From positions 29,172 through 93,171 of the forward strand of contig CACPDT010000001.1 in assembly GCA_902632665.1 (NCBI GenBank): 64,000 nt of DNA, given 5' to 3'. This document shows, in pieces, positions 29,928-43,890 of this stretch. Each line of letters opens with the position of its first letter. The first letter of the stretch is position 1. A program made the translations under genes and the position numbers. Source of the DNA: an uncultured Pelagibacteraceae bacterium (GTDB lineage Bacteria > Pseudomonadota > Alphaproteobacteria > Pelagibacterales > Pelagibacteraceae). The notes under the pieces are model-generated. The model was not told the origin of the DNA. It searched no databases and was given only the letters and a program-made list of their open reading frames with translations.

Positions 29928-30971
29928 TCAAAATCCTAAATTAAAATTGTTTTTTTGATTTTTTATTAACATAACTTTAAACAATTTTCCCATTTGTTTA
30001 TCATCTGTTAGTCTTTTTAATCTGTAATAAATATCTGCTTTTTTTAAAAAGTTTTGATTTTTTGCAATCATCTCAGCTCTTTCGTAGATACCCATTTTTG
30101 TAAGAAATTCTTTTTGTGTTGTTAAACTATGCTTTAATCCACCTAGTTTTTTTATTATTTTTTCAAATAATCGGAAATTTATATTATGTGTGATATCTGA
30201 GTTCCCAATTTTAGCTAAAACATCTGAATATTCGTGTCTATATAATGCTTGTAAAGTATTTTTCATTTTATCTTCATTATACCCATAATCTATGATCAAA
30301 ATTCCTCCAGATCTTGCTTTGATAATTTTTGAAATTTGTTTCAGGTAATTAATACCAAGCTCTGAATATTCTATAAAATTCTGATTTTTAGATATTTTAA
30401 AATCAATCTTTTTTTCATAATTTTTCATGTTAATTTTTTTTTCCAAGAAAGAGGTTGTTTTTTTGTTTAAACTAACAAACTTTTCAAACCATAAATTTCC
30501 TTTTTTTTGAAATTGTTTAATTGCAAGTGCATCAAAAAACTCATTTGCAATAAATATACTAGGAATTTTTTTAATTTTTTTTAAATCATTTACCCAATTT
30601 ACATTTGAATTTAATAATTCTTTTTTTTGTATTTTCTTTAAAGTAGGACTTATCTCATAAATTACCAATCTGCAGGATTTGAAAAACGATGGGAACTTTT
30701 TAAAACTTTCTATAAGAATTTTCATCATTGCAGCATTTCCTGCTCCAAGTTCGATTACGTTAAATTCTTTTGGTGACCCTATACTTTTCCAAAAACTTAC
30801 AACCCAAATAGCAATCATTTCAGAAAATAATCTTGATATATTAGGAGCTGTAATAAAATCTCCTTTTTTGCCAAATGGATTTTTTTTAATGTAGTACCCA
30901 GACTTTTTATTATACAGAGAGATATTAATAAACTTGTCTAAGGGTAAATTAACTATTTTGTCTGTTTTCAT
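29928..30971 (-). CDS. SAM-dependent methyltransferase, MidA/NDUFAF7 family
   Basis: GYY...PFG..GDFITAP.IS, ELGAG, ANEFFDAL, IDYG, DIT. Confidence 0.9.
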   Translation of the reverse strand: MKTDKIVNLPLDKFINISLYNKKSGYYIKKNPFGKKGDFITAPNISRLFSEMIAIWVVSFWKSIGSPKEFNVIELGAGNAAMMKILIESFKKFPSFFKSCRLVIYEISPTLKKIQKKELLNSNVNWVNDLKKIKKIPSIFIANEFFDALAIKQFQKKGNLWFEKFVSLNKKTTSFLEKKINMKNYEKKIDFKISKNQNFIEYSELGINYLKQISKIIKARSGGILIIDYGYNEDKMKNTLQALYRHEYSDVLAKIGNSDITHNINFRLFEKIIKKLGGLKHSLTTQKEFLTKMGIYERAEMIAKNQNFLKKADIYYRLKRLTDDKQMGKLFKVMLIKNQKNNFNLGF

Positions 30972-31731
30972 ATTTAGAGATTAATAAATAACATCCAATT
31001 ACTAAAAAAAAGATACTTATAAGTTGTCCCATAGTTAAATTGAATAATAAATAGCCCAGTTGGTCATCAGGAACTCTTAAAAACTCAATTGTAAATCTAA
31101 AAATTGAGTAAAAAACTAAAAATATACCAGAGATAAATCCAGATCTTTTGGAGAAACTCTTATTTTTGAAATATAATAGAACTAAAAATAGAACTATACC
31201 TTCAAAAAATGCTTCATATAACTGAGTAGGATGTCGATATAAATTATCTATTTGTGTAAATTGGACTGCCCAAGCAACATTAGTTTCGACACCATAAAGT
31301 TCTGAATTTATAAAATTTGCTATTCTTCCAAAAAAAATACCTATGGGTGCAACAAAAGACACAATATCTAAATAACTAAATGAACTTTGTGAATTTCTTT
31401 TCGCAAAAAGGTAACTTGCAATTATGATCCCTATAACTCCCCCATGAAATGACATACCACCCTGCCAAATTTTAAAGATATCTAATAAATTATTGATATA
31501 AAATTCAAAGTTATAAAATACAACATACCCTAATCTGCCACCAATAATTAAACCTAAAATTAAATAAGTTAAATAATCGTCAAATTTTTCCTTTACTTTC
31601 AGATCAGAAATAAAAAATTTCTTACTCAAAAACCACCCTAATAAAATACCAATAATATAAGCTAAAGAATACCATCTAATCTCAAATGAAAAAATTTGAA
31701 ATGCGACTGGGTCAAAATTATTAATGAACAT
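30949..31731 (-). CDS. lgt: Prolipoprotein diacylglyceryl transferase
   Basis: IRWYSL, GGRLGY, GGMSFHGG, GRIANFINSEL, RHPTQLYE. Confidence 0.97.
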   Translation of the reverse strand: MFINNFDPVAFQIFSFEIRWYSLAYIIGILLGWFLSKKFFISDLKVKEKFDDYLTYLILGLIIGGRLGYVVFYNFEFYINNLLDIFKIWQGGMSFHGGVIGIIIASYLFAKRNSQSSFSYLDIVSFVAPIGIFFGRIANFINSELYGVETNVAWAVQFTQIDNLYRHPTQLYEAFFEGIVLFLVLLYFKNKSFSKRSGFISGIFLVFYSIFRFTIEFLRVPDDQLGYLLFNLTMGQLISIFFLVIGCYLLISKYENRQNS

Positions 31732-31781
31732 TTTTATTTTTAAATATAAGTTATAATTATAATAAGTTATTAGATTAATAT

Positions 31782-32033
31782 ATGAAAAACTCAAAGTTTG
31801 TAATTGAAAAACTTGCTAAATTATTTGAACAAGGCTTAGTATCGTCTAAAGATATAGCCAATGAAATTATGACTATTTTAAAATCTAAAAGAGATGAAAT
31901 AGTTTTTAAAATGAAGTTAACAAGTAAAGATGAGTTTGAAGTTCTCTCAAAAAGAGTTGAAAATTTAGAAAAAAAAATTGATCAATTAAAATCTACAAAA
32001 AAAAAGAAAACTAAAAAGGCAAAAAGATCCTAG
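31782..32033 (+). CDS. UbiK/BMFP-family accessory factor
   Basis: Coiled coil with L.S.DEFEV motif; divergent from lgt as in other alphaproteobacteria. Confidence 0.65.
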   Translation: MKNSKFVIEKLAKLFEQGLVSSKDIANEIMTILKSKRDEIVFKMKLTSKDEFEVLSKRVENLEKKIDQLKSTKKKKTKKAKRS

Positions 32034-33330
32034 CTTCCAAACCGCCCATTGGTGACTTAGCTAATTTTATATTTCCCCCGTGTGATCTGATAATGTCTGA
32101 AGCTATGGATAACCCAAGTCCAACGCTTGATTTTGTTTCAGCTCGACCTTTATCAATTTTGTAAAAAGGTTTGAAAACATTATCAAATTCTGTCTCAGGT
32201 ATACCAGGGCCGTTGTCTTCAATTTTAATAAATAAGTTGTTACTACTTTTGGTAATTCCTACATTTACTTTTTCCGCGTATTTAATTGCATTATCTAAAA
32301 GATTGTTAACACATCTTCTTATTAAGTTTTTTCTACCACTTATATAAATTCTAGGTGTAATTTTGGATGATATATTTTCATTTTCGTATTTTTTAACTAT
32401 TTCATCAATTAATTCGCTAATATTAAACTCTTCATCTTTTTCAAGGTATGACGAGCTAGTAAATTGCAAATATTCATTAAGCATTTTTTCCATTTCATTA
32501 ATGTCTTCGGATAACTTTTTACTTAATTCTTTATCTTTTATAAATGCTATTTGTAATTTCATTCTTGTTAAAGGAGTTCTTAAGTCATGGCTGATGCCAG
32601 ATAACATTTCTGATCTTTGATTAAGGTGTCTTAAAATTCTTTTTCTCATTCTGTCAAATTCATAACCAGCTTGCCTGATTTCTGCTGCACCAGAAGGTTT
32701 AAATTCATCGATTTCTTCTCCCCGACCAAATTTTTCAGCTGCTTTAGCAAGATTAGTTATTGGTCTCGTTTGATTTTTTAGAAAAATTAATGAAATCAAA
32801 ATCATTATGATTGCAGGAACTGTTATCCAAAGTGCAAAGATACGAGCCGAAGAAGTCGTCACTCTATCTCTTGGAACTAAAAACTTAAAATACCCAGACT
32901 GATATTTTATTCTAATATCGATTAACTCTTTGTATGAGGTTGTATCAAACCAATAATTTTCATTCCCAAATTTTGACTTGAGTTCTCTTCTTAAAGTCCT
33001 ATCTATCGGGCTAAACCATCTTTCATCAAAAATATAGGTAAAATCTTTGTTCTCTACAAAATCTATATTTAAGTCTTGGTAAACTGAAAAAACATTTTTT
33101 ATTTCATCTTTTTTATAAATTTCATCAGAATAAACTTCAATGAAAGTATTAATTTCATTTACCAACGCTTTAGTCATACCCTTATTAGTTTTGATCCATA
33201 AGCTATCAAAAAAAACAATAGTAATTAACAATTGTAAAACTATTACTGGGACAGCAACAATTAATAAAGCTCTGTAAAATAATCTCTTTGGGAGTATATC
33301 TTTTAAAAATTTACTCAATCCATAGAACAT
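32011..33330 (-). CDS. EnvZ-like sensor histidine kinase
   Basis: Two TM, HAMP, SHDLRTPL H-box, NLLDNA, DNGPG, GLGLSI. Confidence 0.93.
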   Translation of the reverse strand: MFYGLSKFLKDILPKRLFYRALLIVAVPVIVLQLLITIVFFDSLWIKTNKGMTKALVNEINTFIEVYSDEIYKKDEIKNVFSVYQDLNIDFVENKDFTYIFDERWFSPIDRTLRRELKSKFGNENYWFDTTSYKELIDIRIKYQSGYFKFLVPRDRVTTSSARIFALWITVPAIIMILISLIFLKNQTRPITNLAKAAEKFGRGEEIDEFKPSGAAEIRQAGYEFDRMRKRILRHLNQRSEMLSGISHDLRTPLTRMKLQIAFIKDKELSKKLSEDINEMEKMLNEYLQFTSSSYLEKDEEFNISELIDEIVKKYENENISSKITPRIYISGRKNLIRRCVNNLLDNAIKYAEKVNVGITKSSNNLFIKIEDNGPGIPETEFDNVFKPFYKIDKGRAETKSSVGLGLSIASDIIRSHGGNIKLAKSPMGGLEARIFLPF

Positions 33331-33988
33331 ATCCAGCTCCTCTTATTGTTTGTAAAAACTTTGGATTTTTCGGATCAATTTCAATTTTTTTTCTAAGTCT
33401 TGTGATTATAACATCTATTGATCTCTCTTTATCAAGCTTAGTTAGAATACCAATATCTTCACGTGAAAAAGTTTTACCAGGATTATTAATCATTTTTTCC
33501 AAAATTTTTTTCTCTGTGTTGTTAATTTTATATTCTGTATTTTTTTTGATTATTAGTTGTTTATTCAAATCAATTTTAATATTCTCAAATTGTATTACAT
33601 GTTTTTGACCACTTTTTTTTGTTTTCCTAATTATATTTTGAATTCTCAATATCAACTCTTTAGGTTCGAAAGGTTTTGGAAGATAGTCATCAGCACCAAC
33701 TTCTAATCCCTCAACTCTTTCATTTGCTTCAGCTTTTGCAGTTAATAAAATCACAGGTGTATCCAGTTTTTTGTGATTTTCTTTGATAAATTGTAAACCA
33801 CTTTTTCCAGGCATCATAATATCTAGTATGATAAGATCAAATTTGATTATTTGTATTTTTTCAAAAGCATCTTCTGCACTATTTGCAGTTGTAACTAGGT
33901 AACCATTTTCATTTAAATATTTTTTAACTAGAGTTCTGATACCTTCATCATCATCGACAACTAAAATATGAGCTTTAAAATCATCCAT
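33311..33988 (-). CDS. OmpR-family response regulator
   Basis: VVDDD, LDIMMPG, LTAK, KPF, winged helix RGAGY. Confidence 0.93.
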   Translation of the reverse strand: MDDFKAHILVVDDDEGIRTLVKKYLNENGYLVTTANSAEDAFEKIQIIKFDLIILDIMMPGKSGLQFIKENHKKLDTPVILLTAKAEANERVEGLEVGADDYLPKPFEPKELILRIQNIIRKTKKSGQKHVIQFENIKIDLNKQLIIKKNTEYKINNTEKKILEKMINNPGKTFSREDIGILTKLDKERSIDVIITRLRKKIEIDPKNPKFLQTIRGAGYVLWIE

Positions 33989-34418
33989 GAATTATCTTTT
34001 TTAAAACGTTATCAAAGTTAATTACTTCTTCCGAACTTGAGTTGAGCAACGCACTGTGTATTCTTTTTTTTTGAATTTCAAAAATTTCATTGAATATTTT
34101 TTTTCCTTTGTCATTTAGAAACACGTGCTTTATTCTTGTATCCTGCTCATCTTTTTTGAAAATAATTATGTCTAGTTTAATAAGATCTTTTAAAACTCTA
34201 TTAAGGCTTTGTTTAGTTACTTTAAGTCTTTTGAGTAATTCTGAAATAGTGATCCCTTCATACATCGACAATAGATGAATGACTTTTTGGTGCGCGAGGC
34301 CAATTTTATACTTATTTAATATTTTTTTTGGGTCTGAAAATGTTTCTCTGTAGCCTATAAAAAGCTTTTCGATCAAATCTTTTAATTGATCATCTTTTAG
34401 ATATAAAAGTTGTTTCAT
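33981..34418 (-). CDS. MarR-family transcriptional regulator
   Basis: TKQSLNRVLK wHTH, D.R motif; marR-ompR-envZ / ilvE synteny. Confidence 0.88.
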   Translation of the reverse strand: MKQLLYLKDDQLKDLIEKLFIGYRETFSDPKKILNKYKIGLAHQKVIHLLSMYEGITISELLKRLKVTKQSLNRVLKDLIKLDIIIFKKDEQDTRIKHVFLNDKGKKIFNEIFEIQKKRIHSALLNSSSEEVINFDNVLKKIIHG

Positions 34419-34489
34419 TATTGGTAAGTTATATTGACATATTACAGATACAAAGATATTTTTTCAGTAAGAATTTTTTTTATTTCATA

Positions 34490-35371
34490 ATGATACCCTA
34501 CGATAAAAGATCAGGAAAAATATGGTACAATGGCGAATTAGTTGATTGGTCTGATGTTAAGGTTCATGTTCTGAGTCATGGATTGCATTATGCGAGCTGT
34601 GTTTTCGAGGGAGAACGTGTGTATGATGGTTCAATTTTTAAATTAGAGGAACATACATCAAGATTATTTTACTCTGCTAAGAGAATGGGAATTAAAATAC
34701 CATACAGCGAAGATGAAATTAATAAAGCGAGTAATAAAATAATTTCTACTCAAAAAGTAGAGAATGGATATGTAAGACCGGTAGTTTGGAGAGGCAGTGA
34801 GATGATGGCTATTTCAGCTCAGCAAACTAAAATTCATGTAGCAATTGCTACTTGGGAGTGGGGTTCATATTTTGATCCTAAACTAAAGGTTGAAGGTATC
34901 AAATTAAATATTTCAAACTGGCGAAGACCAGCACCTAATACTATTCCTTGGGACACAAAAGCTTCTGGATTATATATGATTTGTACACTTTCAAAACACG
35001 AAGCTGAAAAACAGGGTTATACAGATTCACTTATGTTAGATCATGAGGATAATATTGCAGAAGCAACTGGAGCAAATATTTTTTTCAAAGACAAAAATGG
35101 TGACTTACATACTCCAATTCCAGACTCTTTTTTAGACGGAATTACTCGTAGAACTGTAATTCAAATTGCAAAGTCTAAAAATATTAAAATACATGAAAGA
35201 AAAATAAAACCAGAAGAATTAAAAGATTTTGTTGGATGTTTTTTAACAGGTACTGCAGCTGAGGTAACTCCTGTATCTACAATCGCAGAATATAAATTTA
35301 AAGTTTGCGACTTGATAATTGATTTAAATGATAGTTATTTAGCATTGGTTAAAAAGAAAAAAGCTGCCTAA
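34490..35371 (+). CDS. ilvE: Branched-chain amino acid aminotransferase
   Basis: HGLHYASCVFEG, EATGANIF, LDGITR, GTAAEV. Confidence 0.95.
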   Translation: MIPYDKRSGKIWYNGELVDWSDVKVHVLSHGLHYASCVFEGERVYDGSIFKLEEHTSRLFYSAKRMGIKIPYSEDEINKASNKIISTQKVENGYVRPVVWRGSEMMAISAQQTKIHVAIATWEWGSYFDPKLKVEGIKLNISNWRRPAPNTIPWDTKASGLYMICTLSKHEAEKQGYTDSLMLDHEDNIAEATGANIFFKDKNGDLHTPIPDSFLDGITRRTVIQIAKSKNIKIHERKIKPEELKDFVGCFLTGTAAEVTPVSTIAEYKFKVCDLIIDLNDSYLALVKKKKAA

Positions 35372-35952
35372 TCTTTATTGTCCTCGGATATAGCGTGGTC
35401 TATTCCTTTACGTATATACTCATATCCTGTGAACAGCGTCAGAGCTGCTGATAGCCATAATAAAATTATCCCAATTGTTTGAGCATTATAGTCCTGAAAA
35501 TTGATAATTTTATTTCCTGTATCTCCAGAAAGTAAAAGACCAATAGAGACCATTTGTAAAACTGTTTTTAACTTTGCTAGATTAGAGACAGGTAGTTTAA
35601 TCTTACCTTTTGCTAAAAATTCCCTAAGACCAGATATTAATATTTCTCTAGTTAAAATTATTATTGCAGCAATAACCTCATAATTTTTAATTGTACCATC
35701 CATAACTAATAAAATTAATGCTGCAGCAACAATAATTTTATCCGCTATTGGATCTAATAATTCTCCTAATTTAGATTCTTCTCCAAGTAATCTAGCCAAC
35801 ATTCCATCTAAAAAATCTGTAAACGATGCAATTATAAATAACACTAAAGCAGTTAGATCTCCATAAAATCCGGGTAAATAGAAAGCTAAAACAAAAAAAG
35901 GTACAATTAAAATTCTACCAACTGTTAGTATATTAGGTATTTTTCTAAGCAT
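35368..35952 (-). CDS. pgsA: CDP-diacylglycerol--glycerol-3-phosphate 3-phosphatidyltransferase
   Basis: IPNILT, TDFLDG.LAR, G.LLDPIADK, REILISGLRE. Confidence 0.95.
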   Translation of the reverse strand: MLRKIPNILTVGRILIVPFFVLAFYLPGFYGDLTALVLFIIASFTDFLDGMLARLLGEESKLGELLDPIADKIIVAAALILLVMDGTIKNYEVIAAIIILTREILISGLREFLAKGKIKLPVSNLAKLKTVLQMVSIGLLLSGDTGNKIINFQDYNAQTIGIILLWLSAALTLFTGYEYIRKGIDHAISEDNKD

Positions 35953-35957
35953 AATTT

Positions 35958-37793
35958 TTACTCGTGAAAGAAATTATATATTTTTTTTGCAACTTTTATT
36001 TCCACACCTTCAACCGATTTGATTTCATCGAGGCTAGCAGACTCCACAGCTTTTGCAGACCCAAAATGGTTCAATAACGCTCTTTTTCTGATTGCTCCTA
36101 TTCCTTCAATTTGATCTAGCATAGATTTAGAAATACCCTTTTTTCTTTTTGCTCTATGCGCACTTATCGCGAATCTATGGGCCTCGTCACGTATTCTTTG
36201 TAAAAAAAATAGAGTGGGGTCATTTTTCATAAATTTATACTCTCTTCCATTATGAAAAAAAGTTTCATTACCACTATTTCTAAATTTACCCTTGGCAATA
36301 GCTACAACTGGAATTTCATTTAATCCTAGCTCATTAAGTGTTTCTCTAGCAGATGAGTATTGTCCTTTACCACCATCAATTAAGACAAGATCTGGAAAAC
36401 TTAAATAATTACCTTTTTCTTGAATAGCTCTTTTAAATCGTCTTCCCAAAACCTCTCTAATCATACCATAATCATCTTGTTTAAAATTTTCATTTTTAAT
36501 ATTAAATTTTCTATATCTCTTTTTTACAAAACCTTCATCTCCATAAGTAATCAAAGCTCCAACACTATTTGTGCCTTGAATATGACTATTATCATAAACT
36601 TCGATGAGACTTATAGGATTTTCAATATTAAATTTTTTAGCAATCTCATCTAGTAATTCTCTATTATTTTGATTTTCGTAAAGATTTCTATTTAAGCTAT
36701 TTTTGGCATTTTTAATCGCTAAGTTTATTACTTTTAATTTTGAACCTTTTTTTGCAATAGAAATATTTACTTGTTTATTCTCTTTTTTTGATAAGGTTTG
36801 TTCTATTAATTTTTTTTCTTTAATTTCTTCACTAAGTATAATTGATCTTGGCACTGCTTTATTCTCATAAAATTGAGATACAAATGAATTTAAAATATTA
36901 TTCAATTTTTCATCAGGGTCATGTTTTGGAAAAAAAGCTTGATTTCCCCAATTTTGTTTAGATCTATAAAAAAATACTTGAATACAAGTTTTTCCAGACT
37001 CTTTGTAGCCAGCTATCACATCTGCTTCAGTTAAATTAATATCACTTATAGTTAAAGAAGATTGTATTATATTTAAAGATTTAATTTTATCCCTTACAAT
37101 AGCTGCTTTTTCAAAATCTAATTCTTCACTTGCATTTTCCATTTGACTTGAGAGAGTTTGTTGAATTTTTCGTGACCTACCTTTGCTTAAAAATTCATCA
37201 GCTGCTTCCACAAGTTTTGCATAATCTTCTTTATTGATTTTACCCCCGCAAGGACCAGCACATCTTTTTAAAAAATAATTAAAACAAGTTTTATTACCTG
37301 CTTCAACTTGTTTATCAGTGCAAGATCTAAGTAAAAAGATTCTTTGAAGAGTTTTTATTGCACTATTTACCGCAAGAGAACTTGCAAAAGGTCCATAATA
37401 TTTTCCAGGCTTATTCTTAGCCCCCCTGTGTCTTTCGATGCGTGGAAATTCATGTTTAGAGATAAAGATGTATGGAAAGGATTTATCATCTTTAAGTAGT
37501 ATATTAAATTTGGGTTTATGTTTTTTGATTAGATTAGCTTCTAATAGTAACGCCTCGCTTTCATTTGTGGTTGTTGTAATTTCCAATCTAACTGTTTGAG
37601 AAAGCATTCTTTCAGTTCTAATAATGTGATTTTTTTCAGAAACATAATTTTTTAGTCTATTTGGAAGGTTTTTGGCTTTTCCAACATATAAAATTTCATC
37701 TTTCGAATTTAACATTCTATAAACACCGGGTAGTTTAGGTATTAAAGGTAATTCTTTTTTAATTACTTCTTTTCCAATTTCAGGACTTAGCAT
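35958..37793 (-). CDS. uvrC: Excinuclease ABC subunit C
   Basis: [40 protein letters not shown], HhH. Confidence 0.97.
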   Translation of the reverse strand: MLSPEIGKEVIKKELPLIPKLPGVYRMLNSKDEILYVGKAKNLPNRLKNYVSEKNHIIRTERMLSQTVRLEITTTTNESEALLLEANLIKKHKPKFNILLKDDKSFPYIFISKHEFPRIERHRGAKNKPGKYYGPFASSLAVNSAIKTLQRIFLLRSCTDKQVEAGNKTCFNYFLKRCAGPCGGKINKEDYAKLVEAADEFLSKGRSRKIQQTLSSQMENASEELDFEKAAIVRDKIKSLNIIQSSLTISDINLTEADVIAGYKESGKTCIQVFFYRSKQNWGNQAFFPKHDPDEKLNNILNSFVSQFYENKAVPRSIILSEEIKEKKLIEQTLSKKENKQVNISIAKKGSKLKVINLAIKNAKNSLNRNLYENQNNRELLDEIAKKFNIENPISLIEVYDNSHIQGTNSVGALITYGDEGFVKKRYRKFNIKNENFKQDDYGMIREVLGRRFKRAIQEKGNYLSFPDLVLIDGGKGQYSSARETLNELGLNEIPVVAIAKGKFRNSGNETFFHNGREYKFMKNDPTLFFLQRIRDEAHRFAISAHRAKRKKGISKSMLDQIEGIGAIRKRALLNHFGSAKAVESASLDEIKSVEGVEIKVAKKIYNFFHE

Positions 37794-38205
37794 GGCTTCT
37801 TATTTTAGAAATTTGTATACCAACAGATGAGCAATCTTTTAAAATCTCTAATTTTTCAATTTTAAGCAAAATTTTTGCAATTCTTTTATCTTTAAATAAT
37901 TCATCAAAAACTGCTTCTGCTAAAGTTTCTAAAAAATTATAATGCCTCTTTTTAACAAGTTTCTTAATTAATTTTACGATAGTTCCATAATTCACAATTG
38001 ATTTTAAATCTTTGTCATTTGAGGGCTTTTTGTCTTGATAATCTATTTCTAAACTAAATTTTACTTTTTGAGATTTTTCTTTCTCAAAATCATAATACCC
38101 AAGCTTTAAATTTAAAATTAATTCATTAATAAGAATTTTTTTTTCATAATTAAACAAGGTTTTAGATTTATCTATTTTAATAATTTTAAAATTATTTTTT
38201 TTCAT
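37780..38205 (-). CDS. folB: Dihydroneopterin aldolase
   Basis: G.YDFEK..SQ, VNY, FLETLAE, KIEK. Confidence 0.85.
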   Translation of the reverse strand: MKKNNFKIIKIDKSKTLFNYEKKILINELILNLKLGYYDFEKEKSQKVKFSLEIDYQDKKPSNDKDLKSIVNYGTIVKLIKKLVKKRHYNFLETLAEAVFDELFKDKRIAKILLKIEKLEILKDCSSVGIQISKIRSHAKS

Positions 38206-38935
38206 TCTTTCCCCAAAACATCTTGTGTTTTCCAGTTTAAGCTTTGACCGCTATCAATAGCTAAAACTTGACCGGTAATAGAACCATTTTTTATGAAGAA
38301 GTCAACAGCATTACATACTTCAATAACATTGACTTGCCTCTGGAGGGGGGTAGCTAAAAATTGCTTTTTAAAATGTTTATCTGATTGTCTTTTATTCTTA
38401 ATTGTCGGTCCAGGAGCTATTCCATTTACTCTAATTTTTGGTGCAAGACTCATTGCACTAGTTTTAGTCAATGTGTATAAGCCTGTCTTACTAATGGTAT
38501 AAGAAAAGAAATAAGGAGTTAATTTGAATACTCTCTGATCTAATATATTAATTATATTGTTTTTCTTCCCTTTAATACATTTCGAAAATTCTTTAGATAA
38601 AAGAGCTGGAGCCCTAAGATTTGTTGAAAGGTGTTTCTCCCAACTTTTTGAATTAAAATTCTCCAACTTATCATTTTCGAATAATGAAGCATTATTTATT
38701 AAACAATCAAAAAATTTCATTTTTGATTTTGAAAATTTGATAATTTTAAAAATATCTTTTTCTTTACTTAAATCACCCTTTACCAAATAAACTTTTGTCC
38801 CAAAATTCTGTAATTTTTTTTTTAGAGCCTCAGCTTTAGATTTCGATTTATTGAAATGAATAGTCATCTCAATATTTTTACCAGAAAGCTTCTCAGCTAT
38901 TGCTGCACCAATTCTAGTTGCACCCCCAGTAATTA

Positions 38936-38954
<19 letters not shown>
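38202..38954 (-). CDS. Short-chain dehydrogenase, pteridine reductase-like
   Basis: [29 protein letters not shown]; adjacent to folB. Confidence 0.85.
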
Positions 38955-42337
<3,383 letters not shown>

Positions 42338-43285
42338 TTATTTTTGACTTAAAATCTTTTTTGCTGGAATTGTTTTTTTTATCCAAGAATTTGGAATTGA
42401 ATTTAATCCTTTTAATGCAGCAAAGTATGCTCCAGTGAAATTTGCTCTAGAGCAATTGCAACCACCTGCCTTTATTGTTTTTAATATAGCTTCTTTATAA
42501 TTTCTTGAATTAATTATTGTATATATTGAGCTATTAAATGTTCCTGGATAACTACATGCCATACCAAGCTTTTTAATAGTGATAGGATGAAATTTTGAAT
42601 TTAATCTTCTTATTTTTTTAATATCATTAACAATAACTTTAAATGATGTGTTTTTTTTAAATCTTTTAATAAATTCATGAACTGGATCTTTGGCTCCTTT
42701 AAGAGCAAAATCAATTATATAAAATTTAGCTAATGCATATTTTAAACTAATTTTTGAAGCAGTCACAATTCTTATGATTTTTTCTAGACTTTTGAAATCA
42801 TAACCATAAAGAAAGTATGGAAGTGCAGCACAAAACCCATCAGATTCATTAACTTTTACACCGCCCGAAATTTTCTTATTTGATTTAATATTGTTTACAG
42901 TTTCTATAATATTTTGGTGTATCCATGGTCCTTTGATCATACCACGCCAATCTTTTACTTTTTTATATTTTGATCTGAGATTTAAATTTTTCCAATATTT
43001 GCTTCCAGGACCAAAATTCTTCAGAATATTTTTTTTAAATTCTTTCTCTATATCTTCATAATTTTCTAGAAGTGTTTGAAACATAACTTGTCCGATTTCA
43101 TTATAACCTGATACTTTCCCAGTTTTTATATTGTAGAAAGGACTTTTATTTTTTTTTAAAAAAGTAAAATCTTTTTTACCTTTAATATAAGAATTAAGTT
43201 TTTTTTGATTGTATACCCAATGTAATGGTCTTGCAGCTGCATCAGCAACTGTTGCTCCCAAAAATACATGAAGGTTATTTTTCAC
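42338..43285 (-). CDS. ADP-ribosylglycohydrolase-fold protein (crystallin J1-like)
   Basis: GATVADAAARPLHWVY, I.AGG.NCSRA...GA, IP.SW. Confidence 0.75.
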   Translation of the reverse strand: MKNNLHVFLGATVADAAARPLHWVYNQKKLNSYIKGKKDFTFLKKNKSPFYNIKTGKVSGYNEIGQVMFQTLLENYEDIEKEFKKNILKNFGPGSKYWKNLNLRSKYKKVKDWRGMIKGPWIHQNIIETVNNIKSNKKISGGVKVNESDGFCAALPYFLYGYDFKSLEKIIRIVTASKISLKYALAKFYIIDFALKGAKDPVHEFIKRFKKNTSFKVIVNDIKKIRRLNSKFHPITIKKLGMACSYPGTFNSSIYTIINSRNYKEAILKTIKAGGCNCSRANFTGAYFAALKGLNSIPNSWIKKTIPAKKILSQK

Positions 43286-43286
43286 T

Positions 43287-43869
43287 TTAATGTGATAAAA
43301 ACTTTTCAGCCTCTAGTGCTGCCATACAACCCATACCAGCAGCAGTCACTGCCTGTCTGAATGTTTTATCTTTTACATCTCCAGCCGCATAAACGCCCGG
43401 TACATTAGTCTCCGTTGAATCTGGTTTAGTTATTAAATACCCCTCTTTATCCATACTTAGCTGATTTTTAAATAATTGTGTAGCTGGATCATGCCCAATT
43501 GCAATGAAAACACCGTCTAATTTAATTTCATCAATTTTATTCGTTTTCACATTTTTGACCAGTGTCACCTAAAGCCTCAAAGGGTGATGTTTTTAAATTT
43601 ACTGAACTTATATGATCTTCAATCATTTCTGTTCCAACTGCTTTTGCTTGTTCTTTCATTTGATCCATAAGCCAGGGACCTTGAATAACATCCGCAAAAC
43701 CAGGAAAATTTTCAACATCTGTCGTTGTAGTTAGTTGTCCTCCTGGCTCTGATCCATAAACTAAAATTGGATTTAACATTGCTCTTGCTGCATAAACAGC
43801 CGCTGTATATCCAGCTGGACCAGACCCAATTATTAACACTTTTGTGTGTTTAGTTGGATTTTGACTCAT
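43287..43869 (-). pseudogene. trxB: Thioredoxin reductase with internal deletion and frameshift
   Basis: N part ([21 protein letters not shown]) joined out of frame to C part ([23 protein letters not shown]); CxxC and NADPH-binding domain absent. Confidence 0.85.
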
Positions 43870-43890
43870 ATGAAAGCTATATAGTGATTA

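Noticed and set aside
43537-43568. Programmed frameshift or functional split trxB
   Set aside because: Even if the frames were joined, the CxxC and NADPH-binding domain are physically missing.
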